DNA from: Octopus vulgaris
Lineage: Eukaryota
Length of the DNA: 64,000 nt
Direction: 5' to 3'
NCBI GenBank assembly: GCA_951406725.2
Contig: OX597832.1
Span: 4,712,001 to 4,776,000, forward strand
The position numbers were made by a program, and so were the translations under genes. This document shows positions 37,701-52,108 of the stretch, one piece after another. The notes below the pieces were generated by a model, which was not told the origin of the DNA, made no database searches, and saw only the letters and a program-made list of their open reading frames with translations. Numbering within the stretch: position 1 is the first letter of the stretch; each line of letters starts with the position of its first letter.

Positions 37701-39329
37701 TAAAACTGAACTATTGTACAAGACTAAAATTTTACTGACATCATGTTTTTGCACATTTTTCTCTAAAATTCCACTTTTTCAATTTTAATTCAGTTTATAT
37801 TTTTTTATTTTTATATACATCTCAGCTAGGTGTACAGTTGAAGTACCATAACCAGGTCGCCCCTGTGACAAAGTTTTGCTGTTTCTTTTCTTTTTTTTTT
37901 TTTGAGAGGTAACCACTTCAGTGATGAACAGCTTCACGATTCAGCAATTTTTAAAAAATTGTTATTAATGGCTTCAGAATTTTCCCTGTGAAATCTCATA
38001 TCCTCTTAAGAAATAAATTATGTTAGGAGCTTCCCTTTCATCATCAGTGCTACATAAAATGATATGATGATCAAATCCCTACTATACACCTGGACTTTAT
38101 ATTTCCAAAAGTTATTTTGCTTTCTTAGGAAATAATGTAAATGCTCAACCAAGTATCATCGCTTTCATGCCCTTTCTCTTGGTGCCTTCGACTAAACACA
38201 GTTCTGACATAGCTTTGTGGCTTTTAAGGATCACCAGGGCTTGTAAATCCAATTTGATGCACCCTGGACCTATGTCAACACCTGCACACTGCAATACAAA
38301 AGTGATAACTAGTCATGAATCTATGTTAGTTCTGATGTGTCTTGTCATTACTCTTCTGTTTCTTTGACCATGTACTGGGATACAAATGAATATGCAAAGG
38401 TGTGTCTAACAATTTCAACCTGAGTTTTGGTTTATGACTGAAAGTCTTAAAAGTACAGCAGATAGTACCATAACCTTTCCTTTTTTAGATGAGAGAATTT
38501 CTCCCATGATATCCTAAAGTGCCTGTTGTAATTTTTGTCTCGAGAGGTAACTAAGTCCAGTTCCATTTCTGCCAAAATACAAGTATATAACTTTTCTCTT
38601 TGTTCTTTTTTGAGTTAGCTCCTTTGGTAAAGAAACAGTGTTTAATCTTACTAAATTCTCAGAAATATGATGTAACGTGTGGAAGAAGAAGACCCAGGAA
38701 GACATAAGATAAAGTGATCAAGATTCCCCTCGTTACAGAGGATATGACAAAGAACAGTGATAATTGACAACATGCAACACTGGAAATGACCAATCCTCTT
38801 TGTAAAACTGACAGTAACAATGTTCACTTGAAAGGTTCAATATTTGAGTATCTAGCCCAATAAACCCAGTTAAAACATCACTTGTGAACCCTGCCTCTAG
38901 ATACCCTCTCATCCCTTTTTCATTCACCTCCCCCTCTCTCTCTCTTTCTCTCTTTCTTCCATCCATTATATTTTGCTATCACTGTAACTAAGATTGACAT
39001 ACTTTCCCTCTTTACTACTCCTCTCACTCCCATCACATTTTGTCTTGTCCCCACCTCCATCCTGTATCTTCTGTCATCAATCTACCCCTCTCTACTACCA
39101 TCTCATCCCATCACTATCTTACCATCATACTCTTATCCACTCCAACCACCCATGCTGTCTCTTCTACAGTCATCCACTTCTCTTCTCACTCTATACTTTC
39201 AATGAACAATCACATCATAGAGTTGTAAGGACTCTTCAGGTTCAAAGTATACAACGTGAACATGCTAGCGCTTATGTCACAATGAAGTGTATCCGGCACA
39301 TTCTGTGAAGTGACTGGAAAATTAGCAGG

Positions 39330-39683
39330 GTGGCTGTTCCGGGTTCAGTCCCACTGTGTGGCACCTTGGGCAAGTGTCTTCTGCTATAGCCTCAGGTCGA
39401 CCAAAGCCGTGTGAGTAGATTTGGTAGATGGAAACTGAAAGAAGCCCGTTGTATATATGTATATGTATATGTGTGAGTGTCTGTGTTTCTCCCCCCAACA
39501 TCGCTTGACAACCAGTGCTGGTGTGCTTATGTCCCTGTAACTTAGCGGTTCGGCAAAAGAGTCTGATAGAATAAGTACTAGGCTTACAAAGAATAAATCC
39601 TGGGGTTGATTTGCTCGATTAAAATGCGGTGCTCCAGCATGGCCGCAGTCAGATGACAGAAACAAGTAAAAGAGTAAAAGAGT
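39330..39683 (+). mobile_element. SINE family A
   Basis: Family A body with small head deletion. Confidence 0.85.
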
Positions 39684-40004
39684 CAACTGGGTTGAAGAGG
39701 ACCTTTTAGTCTTGCAGAGGACATGACAACCTCTCTGGCACTGATCCCAGTACAATCTGTAAAATGATTGATAATGGGAAAAGCAATCAACTATAGATAA
39801 CAATTCAATAATATAATGTTCAAGAAAGTCATGATCCTTAACCTGTTTGGAGGAGTAACCCTGGATAAGAACTGACTCCTTATCTTATGCCAACATAGAA
39901 AGCAAATATAACATGATGATATGTGGCACATTGCTGTACTCAAGAATACCCACCCACCATAACAAAATTGAAACTCTAAAATCAAGGTACCACATAGAAA
40001 GTAC

Positions 40005-40308
40005 TGGTGTGGGTGCTAGTACCACGTAAAAAACATTGGTGCTGGTGCCACATAAAAAACACACTGGTGCTGTGCCATGTAAAAAGCACTACTGATGGTG
40101 TCATGTAAAAAGCCTGTAAAAAGCACTCTGTAATGTGGTTGGCATTAGGGAGGGCATCTAGCCATAGAAACCAAGTGAAAACAGACTATGGAACCTGATG
40201 CAGTCCCTGCCCTTGCTAGTTTCTATCAAACTGTCCAACCCAAGCCAGCATGGAAAATGGACATATGATGATGATGATGATGTTGATGATGATGACTGTG
40301 ATGATGAT
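40005..40308 (+). mobile_element. RTE 3' UTR fragment with (GAT)n tail
   Basis: Short tggtgcca..taaaaa repeats, gtggttggcattagg.agggcatc, gatgatgat tail. Confidence 0.7.
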
Positions 40309-40827
40309 TAAGAGAATAACACTATTCTCATTCACCATTAAGAATGGTTTGATATTTTCTAAAGATATTTTCCATATCTTGAAATTGAAAGCTTCATCAA
40401 ATTTCTCCCAAACTTATCCCATATTTTCAGGTTATTGAACAGTTTAGGTTATGAGCTACTAATTCAAAAGATATAAGTTAAAACTACCTATAAATATTAA
40501 ATATTATTGTTCTGGGCTCTAAAGTAGAAGTCATTTAACTGTCTCAATCAATCTCTCTAAGACTTGTATCAACCCTATTTAATATTTATTCCAAAATTAA
40601 AACATTATAATGAGTATTTAGTCATAATGCACATTCTTCAAACTTTATATGCTTGAATTCATAAAAAAAATTTTTTTTACATATCAAAAATGGAAATGGA
40701 TGTAAAAGCACAAAAAAATGAAAGTAAAGAAAAATATACAGAACAAGCAAAAAACACTAGTTTGCTTCTTGCAATGGTCATGTGCTATTTAATTAAAAAG
40801 TAATTTTTTATCTTCTGCATTAGAGAG

Positions 40828-41495
40828 GTGCAGATATGGCTGTGTGGATAAGAAAGCTTGAGCTGGCCAATGCTTAGTGAGTGAATTTGGTAGACAGAAA
40901 CTGTGAAGAAGCCCAGTGTGTGTGTGTGTGTGTATGTGTATCTTTTATCTTTTACTTGTTTCAGTTATTAGACTGTGACCATGCTGGGGCACCACCTTGA
41001 AGAATCTTTAGTCAAATGAATCAATCGCAGTACTTATCATTTTTTAAGCCTGATCCTCATTCTGTTGGTCTCTTTTTCCAAACTGCTAAGTGACAGGGAT
41101 GTAAACACACCAACATTGGTTGTCAAGTGGTGGCAGGGGACAAACACAGACAAGGTGCAACACAGTGAGACTGAGCCTGGAATAATGTGGTTGGGAAGCA
41201 AGCTTCTTACCACACAGCCATACCTATGTATGTATGTATGTATGCATGAGTGTGTGTGCATACATGCATGCGTGTGTGTGTGTGTGTGGATGGGTGTGTG
41301 TGTATTTGTGTTTATCATCCGTCACTGCTTGACAACCAATGCTGGTTTGTTTATGTCCCTGCAGCCTAGTGGTTTGTTAAAAGAGACCAATAGACTTAAT
41401 AATAAGTATTGGGGTCAATTTGTTCAATTAAAATCCATCAAAGCAGTGCCCCAGCATGGCCACAGTCTAATAACTAAAACAAGTAAAGGATAAAA
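40828..41495. mobile_element. Nested SINE family A copies (minus 40940-41222 inside a plus copy)
   Basis: Plus head 40828-40915, minus copy in the central microsatellite, plus tail 41300-41495. Confidence 0.7.
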
Positions 41496-43907
41496 TATTT
41501 GATTTTATGCCTCTTAATTCAAAGTTTATGTTCTGCAAACAAAGCTCATTAACTTATTGCTTATTTGGAGAACTGTTATGTAGGAGAGTCAGTAGGTATG
41601 ATGCATATGCTAAGCTTAGGTGGAGAGTAAGACTGAGCCTAGTCTGCTTTGAGACAGACAAAACTAAAGTACACTCTGACAAAACTAAAACTAAAAAACA
41701 TTAGAGAAGTGGCAACATTGAACTGTGTACTTACACAGAGGCTAACGGATTTAATGGAGTGAGTCAAAAATTTCTGAATCAATTAAAATTACACATACAT
41801 TGAAGACAAAAGCCATTAGCATTAATGACAATATTTGTCATGAAAGGCAAGGGACACAATACCAAAATGAAAATTAATTAAAATTTAAATGGCAGCAAGC
41901 AGTGGAGAGTTAGTCTGATGTTTGGCAAGTAAGATATAGACTGTCTTAAAATGGTGCTAAAATTGAATTTAATTGAATTTCTTCTTCTCCCAAAGTGTCA
42001 TATTACAAAGACTGGAAATTTTGAAGAGTAAATCTAGAGAAGACATTTACAATGTAGTCTCTCTCTAATTATGTCTAATTATATTGACTTAATTATCAAA
42101 GTTATAAGATGGTTTCAATCTCATGAACACTATTTTTCTATGGTATCAAAAATTAATATTCTAGCTATCATAAATTCCGTGACTATTTTATCAGGTTGGT
42201 GGAATTCAGTTTGTCACAAGAATCTCTAATCATGTGTTTCTGAACATATCTTTTATCTTTCAGTTGTTATTTTTTTTTTTTAAGATTTACTTTATTTTTA
42301 TTTTTATTTATTTTTTTTTTTTGTTTTTTTTTTTTACCCAACTATATAAGTTTGAAACAAACTCCAAATGTATTCAGTCATGATTTTTTAAAAATTATTC
42401 TATTTGAAAATAATATAGTTATTATATTGTTATTCCTAAACTTTATTTACTTTCATTGTTTCCCTTTTTTTTCTTATTCAAGAAACACTGGGTTTTTTTG
42501 TATAAGATTTTCAGGATAATGAAAATTTCCTAGATTTCATTTTCAGTTATCCTCAATGTTTGCTGTGCATTTTAACATGCTGGCATGGATTGAATCAGTC
42601 TGTAGGAACTCAGCTTAAAAAAAATTTAGAAGAGGCAGATGATATAATATGCCTACAGAATGCAAATTTTCTATTTCAATCTTGACAAAGAACCTGCCAA
42701 ATCTGTATGTATGTGTGTATTCAAGCATCTACACACACACATAACTCCTAGGCAAAAAGAATAAAATATTAACCAAATATATTTTCATAAACTGGGGGGC
42801 ATTAAAGTGTATGGTATATTACAATTTAAATAGATTACTTCAAGTGCTGCAATACTTTCTCCAGATGCTCTTAAAGGTCCCCCCTCCACTTTAAAAGAAA
42901 AACAAGTTGCACAGGGTTCTGTTAAAAAACAGTGAAACTACAAAAATCCTCAAAGTTTCATTTATTATCTTTCAGAACCAATAACATCTTAGGTAAGACA
43001 TAAGAGATTAAAAGTGAGCATACAGAAAATAGATGATAGGGTTGTTTTGAATTGTTGTTATGATAAAAATTTGGAAAAGGTATTTAAAAATTCAAAAAGT
43101 TCCAGGTTTCTCTTTTAAATGGAAGTGAACAAAAAATTTATTTTATTGTCCAAACCAAAATGTTTGCATAACCAGCTTCACTTACAACTTGGGTGAGTAG
43201 AATATGTGTGTGTGTGTCTGTGTGTGCGTGCGTGCATGCATGTGTGTGTGTGTTTTATATTAGATAAGCATTCAAAGAAAAAGAAATTCCTTGCTGCAGT
43301 GGATATTAAAAATCAAACTGCTATTCTTTGAAGCAGGCTCAGCCTATTTTGAAATCCATGAGCTACTGAAGAAGAAAATTTCTATTTTTCTGCTTACCAT
43401 AAAGAGAATATATCTACACACACAGAAAACTTGTTCTACTGCATGGAAGAAAGGATCTGGTAGAGTGAGAACTACTACAAATACAGGTGGCAGAAGACTG
43501 AAATTCTTGGTTCTTTAGGAAAGAAAATCCTGCAACGACTTTAGTAGTTGCTGCAACAGCTACTAAAAACAAAACTCTTCAGAAGGACCATTACAAGACA
43601 ACCAAAAGATGCTTGCTTTGCCTCTAGATGGGCTATGCAGCCTTATTAACCAAAAAATATATGAAGAACAGACTGCACTTTTCCTACTCATTTCAGAAAG
43701 TTCCCCAAAATGCTGAATCAAGGTTTGACCTTTGAAGTAACAAGCTAGAATTTTGCTTTTGCAGAGCTAATGTGTGAGAGTCTGGGTGTATTTCAACAAC
43801 TGTGAAGTGAAGAGACAGTAGAAACATGATCATGAAGTACATTATCATCTACAGATGTTAGTGAACTTATAAGGTCTTAACAGTCAGTTACTTCCTTGGA
43901 ATATTCA

Positions 43908-44265
43908 ACCCATTAGCATTTAAACCAGCCAGATCTGACCCAAGTATCATACCTGTTTTATGTTCAAGTACTGACCATATTCAGCCTGTCACACCTACCC
44001 TATGATGTCACACTAAAAATAAACAAGCACATAATCAAACTCTCAATACAAAAAGATAATGTATTACTAATTCTAAACAATGTGAATAAATAAGCATTAA
44101 AATAGGCGCAGGAGTGGCTGTGTGGTAAGTAGCTTGCTAATCAACCCCATGGTTCCGAGTTCAGTCCCACTGCGTGGCATCTTGGGCAAGTGTCTTCTGC
44201 TATAGCCCCGGGTCGACCAATCCTTGTGAGTGGATTTGGTAGACGGAAACTGAAAGAAGCCTGTC

Positions 44266-44321
<56 letters not shown>

Positions 44322-44569
44322 TTGTGTGTCTGTGTTTGTTCTCCTAGCATTGCTTGACAACCGATGCTGGTGTGTTTACGTCCCCGTCACTTATCGGTTC
44401 GGCAAAAAAGAGACCGATAGAATAAGTACTGGGCTTACACAAAGAATAAGTCCCAGGGTCAAGTTGCTCGACTAAAGGCGGTGCTCCAGCATGGCCGCAG
44501 TCAAATGACTGAAACAAGTAAAAGAGTAAAAGAGTATTAAAATAGACAGAATAATCTAAATGCTAAAGG
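43908..44569. mobile_element. piggyBac-like MITE interrupted by SINE A (related copy ~14800-15000)
   Basis: cccattagcattta...taaatgctaaaggg-TTAA. Confidence 0.65.
44106..44535 (+). mobile_element. Young full-length SINE family A with 10-bp TSD
   Basis: TSD attaaaatag at 44096-44105 and 44536-44545; A box tggctgtgtgg, B box gagttcagtccc; internal (TA)n(TG)n; CpGs retained. Confidence 0.92.
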
Positions 44570-45007
44570 GTTAAAACTGAGAGAAAGAGAGAGGATTACT
44601 TCTCAGCTAGCAAAAATTATTTCCTGGAGAAAAAAAAATAACACAAAACCACAAGATTTTTTCAACAAGGCCATATTCCTACCCATACAACTAAAGCAAC
44701 AAAAAATAGTTACAAAAAATTAAATAAAAAATATTAAAAAAACATCCCAAAATTACATTCTGGTCATTTCAGAATCTACAGATTTGAATCTACAGAGAAT
44801 ATTTAAATGTGCATTGAACACAAACATGAAAGAAAATTTGCAAATGCTATCATCTTTGGGAAGCTATGAAATCTGAATGAAGCAATGTTAATATTTTCAG
44901 GAGCGAAAACTGATAGTTTACCCCAAATGCTGGCTCTAACTGAGAAAAAAACTAAGAGACATATTTCGCTACATTAATTTGAAGAAATACTTTTGCATGT
45001 TCTCTCT

Positions 45008-45328
45008 CTCTCTTTTACTCTTTTACTTGTTTCAGTCATTTGACTGCGGCCATGCTGGAGCACCGCCTTTAGTCAAGCAAATCGACCCCAAGACTTATTC
45101 TTTGTAAGCCTAGTACTTATTCTATTGGTCTCTTTTGCCGAATCGCTAAGTTACGGGGACATGAACACACCAGCATCGGTTGTCAAGTGATGTTGGGAGG
45201 ACAAACACAGACACACAAACACACACATAAATATATACATATATACGACAGGCTTCTTTCAGTTTCCGTCTACCAAATCTACTCACAAGGCTTTGGTCGG
45301 CCCAAGGCTATAGTAGAAGACACTTGCC
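45008..45328 (-). mobile_element. SINE family A, 5'-truncated at a (GATA)n tract
   Basis: Reverse complement of family A. Confidence 0.85.
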
Positions 45329-45489
45329 AGATAGATAGATAGATAGATAGATAGACAGACAGATAGATAGACAGATAGATAGACAGACAGACAGATAGAC
45401 AGGCAGACAGATAGACAGACAGACAGACAGATAGACAGACAGACAGACAGACAGATAGATAGATAGATAGACAGGCAGACAGATAGATA
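45329..45489. repeat. (GATA/GACA)n microsatellite
   Basis: Direct inspection. Confidence 0.95.
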
Positions 45490-46318
45490 AGTTTGTTATT
45501 AAGTTTTTATGATATTTTGATATATAATAAAAGTTATTACCAAAAATTGTTAAAATATTTATGATTCATTCTTTTTATTTTTTGCCTCTCATCAGCTTTG
45601 ACCCAACAAACAATGATCAAAAGTGCTCCAACTGCCCATCTTATCCCTTTTGTTTTTCAGACGATGTATATCTAAGACTGCATTATCCAATGTGTCCTTC
45701 TTTGTTAAGGTTGCAAGGTGTAATTTGAGGGAGTTGATTTGTTGCAGTCACATGCAACATATACAGTAAAAGTCCTGCAAGAGATTTATAGAATGTGGTA
45801 TTGCATAATACTGCTTTCACAAATAAATGCTTATACAAATAAAAATGTCTACTAAGTGTGAATTATTGCCTTAATTACTCATGGAAAAGGCCATAATAGC
45901 TGAATTTCTGGCTTGAATGTGTGACAGATGATTTCTAAAAATGGGAAATAATATCTTAATATACTGAAACATACAGATATAGAAAGCAAACAAGCTCATA
46001 GAAACCAGCAATAATGAATTCATTTTTGTTGTTTTGGTTTGCAGTCTTTTTCTTTTTGTTTCTTTTTTTGTGCGTGTGTGTCAGAACCAGTTCCATGATC
46101 AAAGAACAGAGAAATTTCTCACTGAGTTGCATCATTAGTCCGTACTGCAGACAATAGTGCACATTATATTTCTGCATAAAAGAAATTATTGATTTCAAAC
46201 ATATCAAAACAACAAAATAAATATCTTGTTTCCTCTCAACTACAATCGAAACTCAATTTCCAACAATAACCTTCTTAATTTACTAGCTAACTTCTTATAG
46301 GTAACTGATTTAAAGCAG

Positions 46319-46355
<37 letters not shown>

Positions 46356-46687
46356 TTTTTATTTCACTATTATATATATGATTAAGATGTTTTAAACATT
46401 GCTTTCCATCTGCCAGTCACAACATGCTTTTATAGATACAGGGCTACATGCTTAAAGAATTCACTTTACCACCAAGGGGTTCAAGAACTGATCATACTGA
46501 GTAATCCCTATTGTCTTCTACTTGAGCCTCAGGGTGGGCAAAACCTTGCAAGTGGAATTTGAAAGATGGTGACTGAACTGAAGTGGTGAACATGCTCTGA
46601 AGGAACACAACAAGCAACATGCCCAAAACAAGATTTGGATATTATATTTTAAAGTTTCCTACCTAAACTTTAATTTTAAATATAACC

Positions 46688-46754
<67 letters not shown>

Positions 46755-46767
46755 GATAGATAGATAG

Positions 46768-46812
<45 letters not shown>

Positions 46813-46856
46813 GTAGATAGATAGATAGATAGATAGATAGGATAGATAGGATAGAT

Positions 46857-46891
<35 letters not shown>

Positions 46892-46933
46892 GATAGATAG
46901 GATAGATTAGATAGATAGATAGATAGGATAGAT

Positions 46934-46976
<43 letters not shown>

Positions 46977-47234
46977 GCAGGCAGGCAGGCAGACAGACAG
47001 ACAGGCAGGCAGGCAGGCAGACAGACAGACAGATAGATAGATAGGCAGACAGACAGATAGATAGACAGGCAGACAGACAGATAGATAGACAGGCAGACAG
47101 ACAGATAGATAGACAGGCAGACAGACAGATAGATAGGCAGACAGACAGACAGATAGATAGGCAGACAGACAGGCAGACAGACAGATAGACAGGCAGACAG
47201 ACAGATAGACAGACAGACAGACAGACAGATAGAC

Positions 47235-47304
<70 letters not shown>

Positions 47305-47320
47305 GCAGACAGATAGATAG
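46688..47320. repeat. ~630-bp compound (GATA)n/(GACA)n/(GGCA)n array
   Basis: Direct inspection. Confidence 0.95.
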
Positions 47321-47622
47321 AAGGTAAAGACCCCCTTTAGTCATGAATGACCATGGGATAGTACCTAAATAGTTCCCCTTCAAGGCACAAGTTTGAGAAA
47401 GGTTGTTTGTAGAAGACCAGTAGTCAACCAATGCATATTAGTCTCCCCTCTTCATGCCACCAATTTTGTTCAAGGCTGTTCATTTTGCAAAGGCTGATAC
47501 AGCTTGGTACTCATTTCTACAGCTGAGTGAACTGGAGTAGCGTGAAATAAAGTGTCTTGCCAAGGAATCAAATTCACAACCTTGCAATAGTAAGTCCAAT
47601 TCTCTAACCACTGAGCCATGTA
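47321..47622 (-). mobile_element. tRNA-derived SINE (family D-like), internally deleted
   Basis: Minus head atggctcagtggttagag, cttggcaagacactt core. Confidence 0.55.
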
Positions 47623-49149
47623 CCTTCATGTGTGTGTGTGTGTGTGTGTGTGTATCTTTGTGTTTGATCCCTACCACTGCTTGACAATTGAGTTGGTCCC
47701 TGTAACTAGTGATTTGACGAAAATCGAATGATAGAATTAGGGCCAGGCATAAAAAAATAAGTACTGGGGTCAATTTGTTTGACTGAATTCTTGAAGGCAG
47801 TGCCCCAGCAATGAATGAAACAAATAAAAGATAAAAAAGGTAAAAAGTAAATGTGTGTGTGTGTGTGCACATGCATGCATGCACATGTTCATTTATGTGT
47901 ATCTTTTATTAATGTACATCAGCAGATGTAAATATCAAGAAAAACAACAAACAAGTACATAGACAATCCCTTGACACTCTCACTATCACAAATGCAGTGA
48001 ACCAGCGACTGACCTATTGCAAACTTGTACACCACAAATTGTGAAATAAAATATAAAATAAATATTTAAAAGTCCAATAAAAAATTTATTGCAATAGTCC
48101 AGTAATCTTTGGAGAATTATTAAAAGTAATATTAAAATAACTTTTGCCAATAATGATATTAAAGTATCATGATTTGCATTATGAAAGTACCAGACAGGTA
48201 TAAACAAATAACAAAGATACATGTGTCAGCACATCATAGTGAAATCCTAGAAATAATATTACTGAATTCTTAGATGACTAAAGACCAAAGAATTTGTGAT
48301 ATAGCATGAATAGGTCAAATTACAAGGCCTCTTGATACAATGAAATAGGAAAATAACTCTTCTGAGAATTGACAAATAAATTCAATGATTTCACACATAA
48401 ATCTAATAATCATTCTAGAAAATAAAATACTATGACTCATATATTACTATAGTATCTAACTAAATAGGGAATTTCTTAATTAGATAAAGTGCTAAACATT
48501 ATTAAAAAAAGATATGAAATTGCAGCTTTATGCTGCAATTTCATATTTTTTATATATTTCTCGGGAGTGATATTGAAATCATCTAAATGTGATATAATAT
48601 TGGCTAAGAAATAATAAAACACAGAGAAATGCAAGTAGACTGAAACATGGTCAATGTAATGATAAAGAGATCAATGTGGATAGAACAGTAGGGGTTTACA
48701 ATAATTCAGGAAATTCTCACACAACTTAGGCTTTCAAAAGAATTTTCTAAAACACTGTTTTCTATGAAGCTTGTGTCTGTATAGCTAATTATTCTTAATG
48801 GCAATAAAATTTTATAGTAAAAGTTAGAAAAAAAAGCAGACCTTTACATCCATGATGGAATGAACTGAGTCTGATACACTGCTTGTTTAACAGGAAATTG
48901 TCAGATAAAGTATGCTCAAATGAATTCAAGAAATTATTTGGTAATTAAAAGTGTTACATGTTGCCTTCATCCATGACCATTGATGTATATATGAGGGTAG
49001 AAAACCACAATGGCCAGTGGGATAAAATAGTTTAAGGATACTATTAGTGAATATAACATGGAAATAAACAAGAGAAAATATATTTGAAAGTAATACATGA
49101 AAGCTAGAAAATAAAATTGTAGTTGATAGATATAATGATTCCTATCGTA

Positions 49150-49313
49150 AGTGCAGGCATGGTTATGCGGTAAGAAGCTTGCTTCCCAACCACATAGTTC
49201 TGGGTTCAGTCCTACTGCATAACACATTGGGCAAGTGTCTTCTACTATAACCCTGGGCCAAACAAAGTCTTGTGAGTGAATTTGGTAGATGGTAACTGAA
49301 AGAAATCTGTCCT

Positions 49314-49355
<42 letters not shown>

Positions 49356-49550
49356 GTGTGTGTTCGTCCCCCACCACTGCTTCATAACCAGTGCTGATTT
49401 GTTTATGTCCCTGTAACTTAACAGTTTGGCAAAAGTGTACTAGGATTTTTTTTTTTTAAAAGTCCTGGGGTCAATTTGTTCAACTGAAAAAACCCTTCAA
49501 GGTGGTGCCCCAGCATGGGCACAGTCAAATGACTGAAACAAGTAAAAGAT
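49150..49550 (+). mobile_element. SINE family A
   Basis: Family A motifs. Confidence 0.82.
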
Positions 49551-49809
49551 GTGATAGAAGATAAAAGATAGACACAAAACAACAGACACAAGTAGATGTC
49601 TTGACTGGAGGGAAAGGAAGAAAGGGAAAACGGGATCTCAGCAGCATTTAAAGTCAAAACAATGAAATGTAGCTAAATACTACAAAGTAATTTACTATTT
49701 GATTTTGCTTTGTTTTATCTTAGGTGGGTCATTATGCTAATAAACACATGCACAGGTTCTATTTCACTTCTTTTACTTGGTCATTTTGTTAGCATTTTTT
49801 TTTGTTCTT

Positions 49810-50212
49810 GATTTTATTTGCTTCAATCATTTGGCTGTGGCCATGCTGGAGCACAGATTTGAAGGGTATTAAGTGAAACAAATTGACCCCAAGACATTTT
49901 CTTTTTAATCTAATACTTATTCTATAGATATCTTCATAGATCTATTCTATAGATCTCTTTCTGAACCGTTAAATTACAGGGATGTAAACACACCAACACT
50001 GGTTGTCAAGCAGTAGTGGGGGACAAACCCACACACATGCACACACACATATATGACAGGCTTCTTTGAGTTTCTATCTACCATATCCACTCGCAAGGCT
50101 TTGGTCAAACTGAGGCTATAGTAGAAGATACTTGCTCAAGGTGGCACAAAGTGGGACTAAACCTAGAACCATGTGGTTGGGAAGCAAGCTTCTTACACAC
50201 AGCCATGCTTGT
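49810..50212 (-). mobile_element. SINE family A
   Basis: Family A motifs reversed. Confidence 0.82.
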
Positions 50213-51319
50213 GCTTATTAATGAATGTAATCAGTTAACTAATCACTGTGTTATTGATGAGGTCATGAATGGCAATGAGTGAACTCTGATGAGCCTAATT
50301 GATTAGTTGATTGACAGAACAATTAATCACACAATCAATTTGTTAATTGGTGAAATGAAATAACAAATAATAATAAAAGAAGTGAAATATAACCAGTGTG
50401 GGGTGTTTTTATTGATATAATGACACTCCCAAGATACAATAAAACTTGTTTCAACACAGAAGTTCACATCAAGGCCTTTGCAAATCAAATACGAAAACAA
50501 AATTTATCTCATGCTCTACCAATTCTGATGCCCCAACCCTCATTCATACAAATAATGACATTAGATAGAAGAGCTTGCTGTATCTTTCTGCATTGTGTTC
50601 AATATCAAATAAAACATGGCAATAATTGGAAATCGAACCCAATAAAAACTTTTGATTTCTAATAAATGTTAATGTTTTCTTATATTGTGATTACTTTGAC
50701 TGAATTCATTTGTTTATGCACTATTTATTTTTAGGTCTATATTGTCATACAGCACCAAACTAGTTTTTAAATCCATATGTCATGCAACTACAGACCAGTT
50801 TTAAATTCAATTGACATGCAACATAATATCAGTTTTAGGTGCATCGGTTATGAATAGTTGATAAGAAGGCATTATTCTTTTTTATAAACTTCACCCGTCT
50901 GACAAAATAAATAATTCATTTTTAGAAGAATGTTGGTAGTTATCACTAGTAAACAAGAATATTAATGTGTTTTCTCCTTTTTTTTTCAATCATTATTTGG
51001 GAATGCTTTATTTACAGATACAGATCAAGTTCAAATTGACATTTGTTATTTTCTAAATGACAACAGTTACATTAACTGTTGCACAACCAGACATAAAAAA
51101 ATTGATACACATTCATTGGAGAAGAGGCAGAAATTAACAATCCTGTTTACCATCCTTGTTTAAAACAAAGTAAAAAATAAACAACTACTCGAGTGGTTCT
51201 ACTATAATAGACAACATTTCAACCTCATTTAAAATGAAAATTGCCTGTTTGATGAAATCTCTAAAAATAGTCCATATGATAAAAACAGTTTCTCCCTTGA
51301 GACCAAAACAGAATTTTAA

Positions 51320-51652
51320 TTCTTTCTACCATAGGTACAAGGTCTGAAAATTTGAGGTGAGGGCCAGTTGATTAAATCAACCCCATTGCTCAAATGGTAC
51401 TTATTTCATCAACCCCAATAGGAAGAAAGGCAAAGTTGACATCAGAGGAATTTCAACTCAGTACATAAAGACAATTTCTACTCTAGGCACAAGGCTCAAC
51501 ATTTTGGGGGACGGGGCCAAACGATTAGATCGATCTCAGTACACAACTGGTACTTAATTTATCAACCCTGAAAGGATGAAAGGCAAAGTCAACCTTGGTG
51601 GAATTTGAACTCAGAACGTAAAGACAGACAAACTAATGCTAAGCACTTCGCC
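51320..51652 (-). mobile_element. Two tandem SINE family B fragments
   Basis: ggtactta.tt..atcaaccc...aaaggcaaagt..ac occurs twice. Confidence 0.75.
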
Positions 51653-51687
51653 AAAGATTCTTCCAATATTTTAATCTAAGTTGCATA

Positions 51688-52108
51688 CAGGTGCAAGCAT
51701 GGCTGCATGGTTAACAAGCTTTTCATTGTAACCATGTGGTTTCAAGTTCAGTTCCTCTGCATAGCACCTTGGGCAAGTGTCTTATACTATAGACCCAGCT
51801 CAACCAATGTCCTGTAAGTGAAATAAATTTGGTAGATAGATAGATAGACACAGAGAGACAGAGGAAAGAGAAATGGATGGATGGAGAGAGGGTGTGTGTG
51901 TGTGTATGTGTATCAACCCACTGTTGCTTGACAACCAGGATGCTGGCTTGTTTATGTCCATGTAACTTAGCAGTTTGGCAAAAAGGGGGCTTAAGAAATA
52001 AGGTACCAGGCTTAAAAAATAAGATCTGGGTTCATTTTGTTCAACTAAATTCTTCAAGGTGGTGCTTCAACATGGCCACTGTCCAATGATCAAAACAAAC
52101 AAAAGATT
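51688..52108 (+). mobile_element. SINE family A, diverged
   Basis: Family A motifs. Confidence 0.78.

Noticed and set aside
41735-41773. 39-nt phase-0 minus-strand exon candidate (KFLTHSIKSVSLC, donor gtaagt) compatible with the 22782 exon
   Set aside because: Weak polypyrimidine tract and no homology; such sites arise by chance.
44106-44180. tRNA-like A/B boxes
   Set aside because: SINE head; no cloverleaf with acceptor stem.
46907-47431. 174-aa [11 protein letters not shown]
   Set aside because: Translation of the GATA/GACA array.
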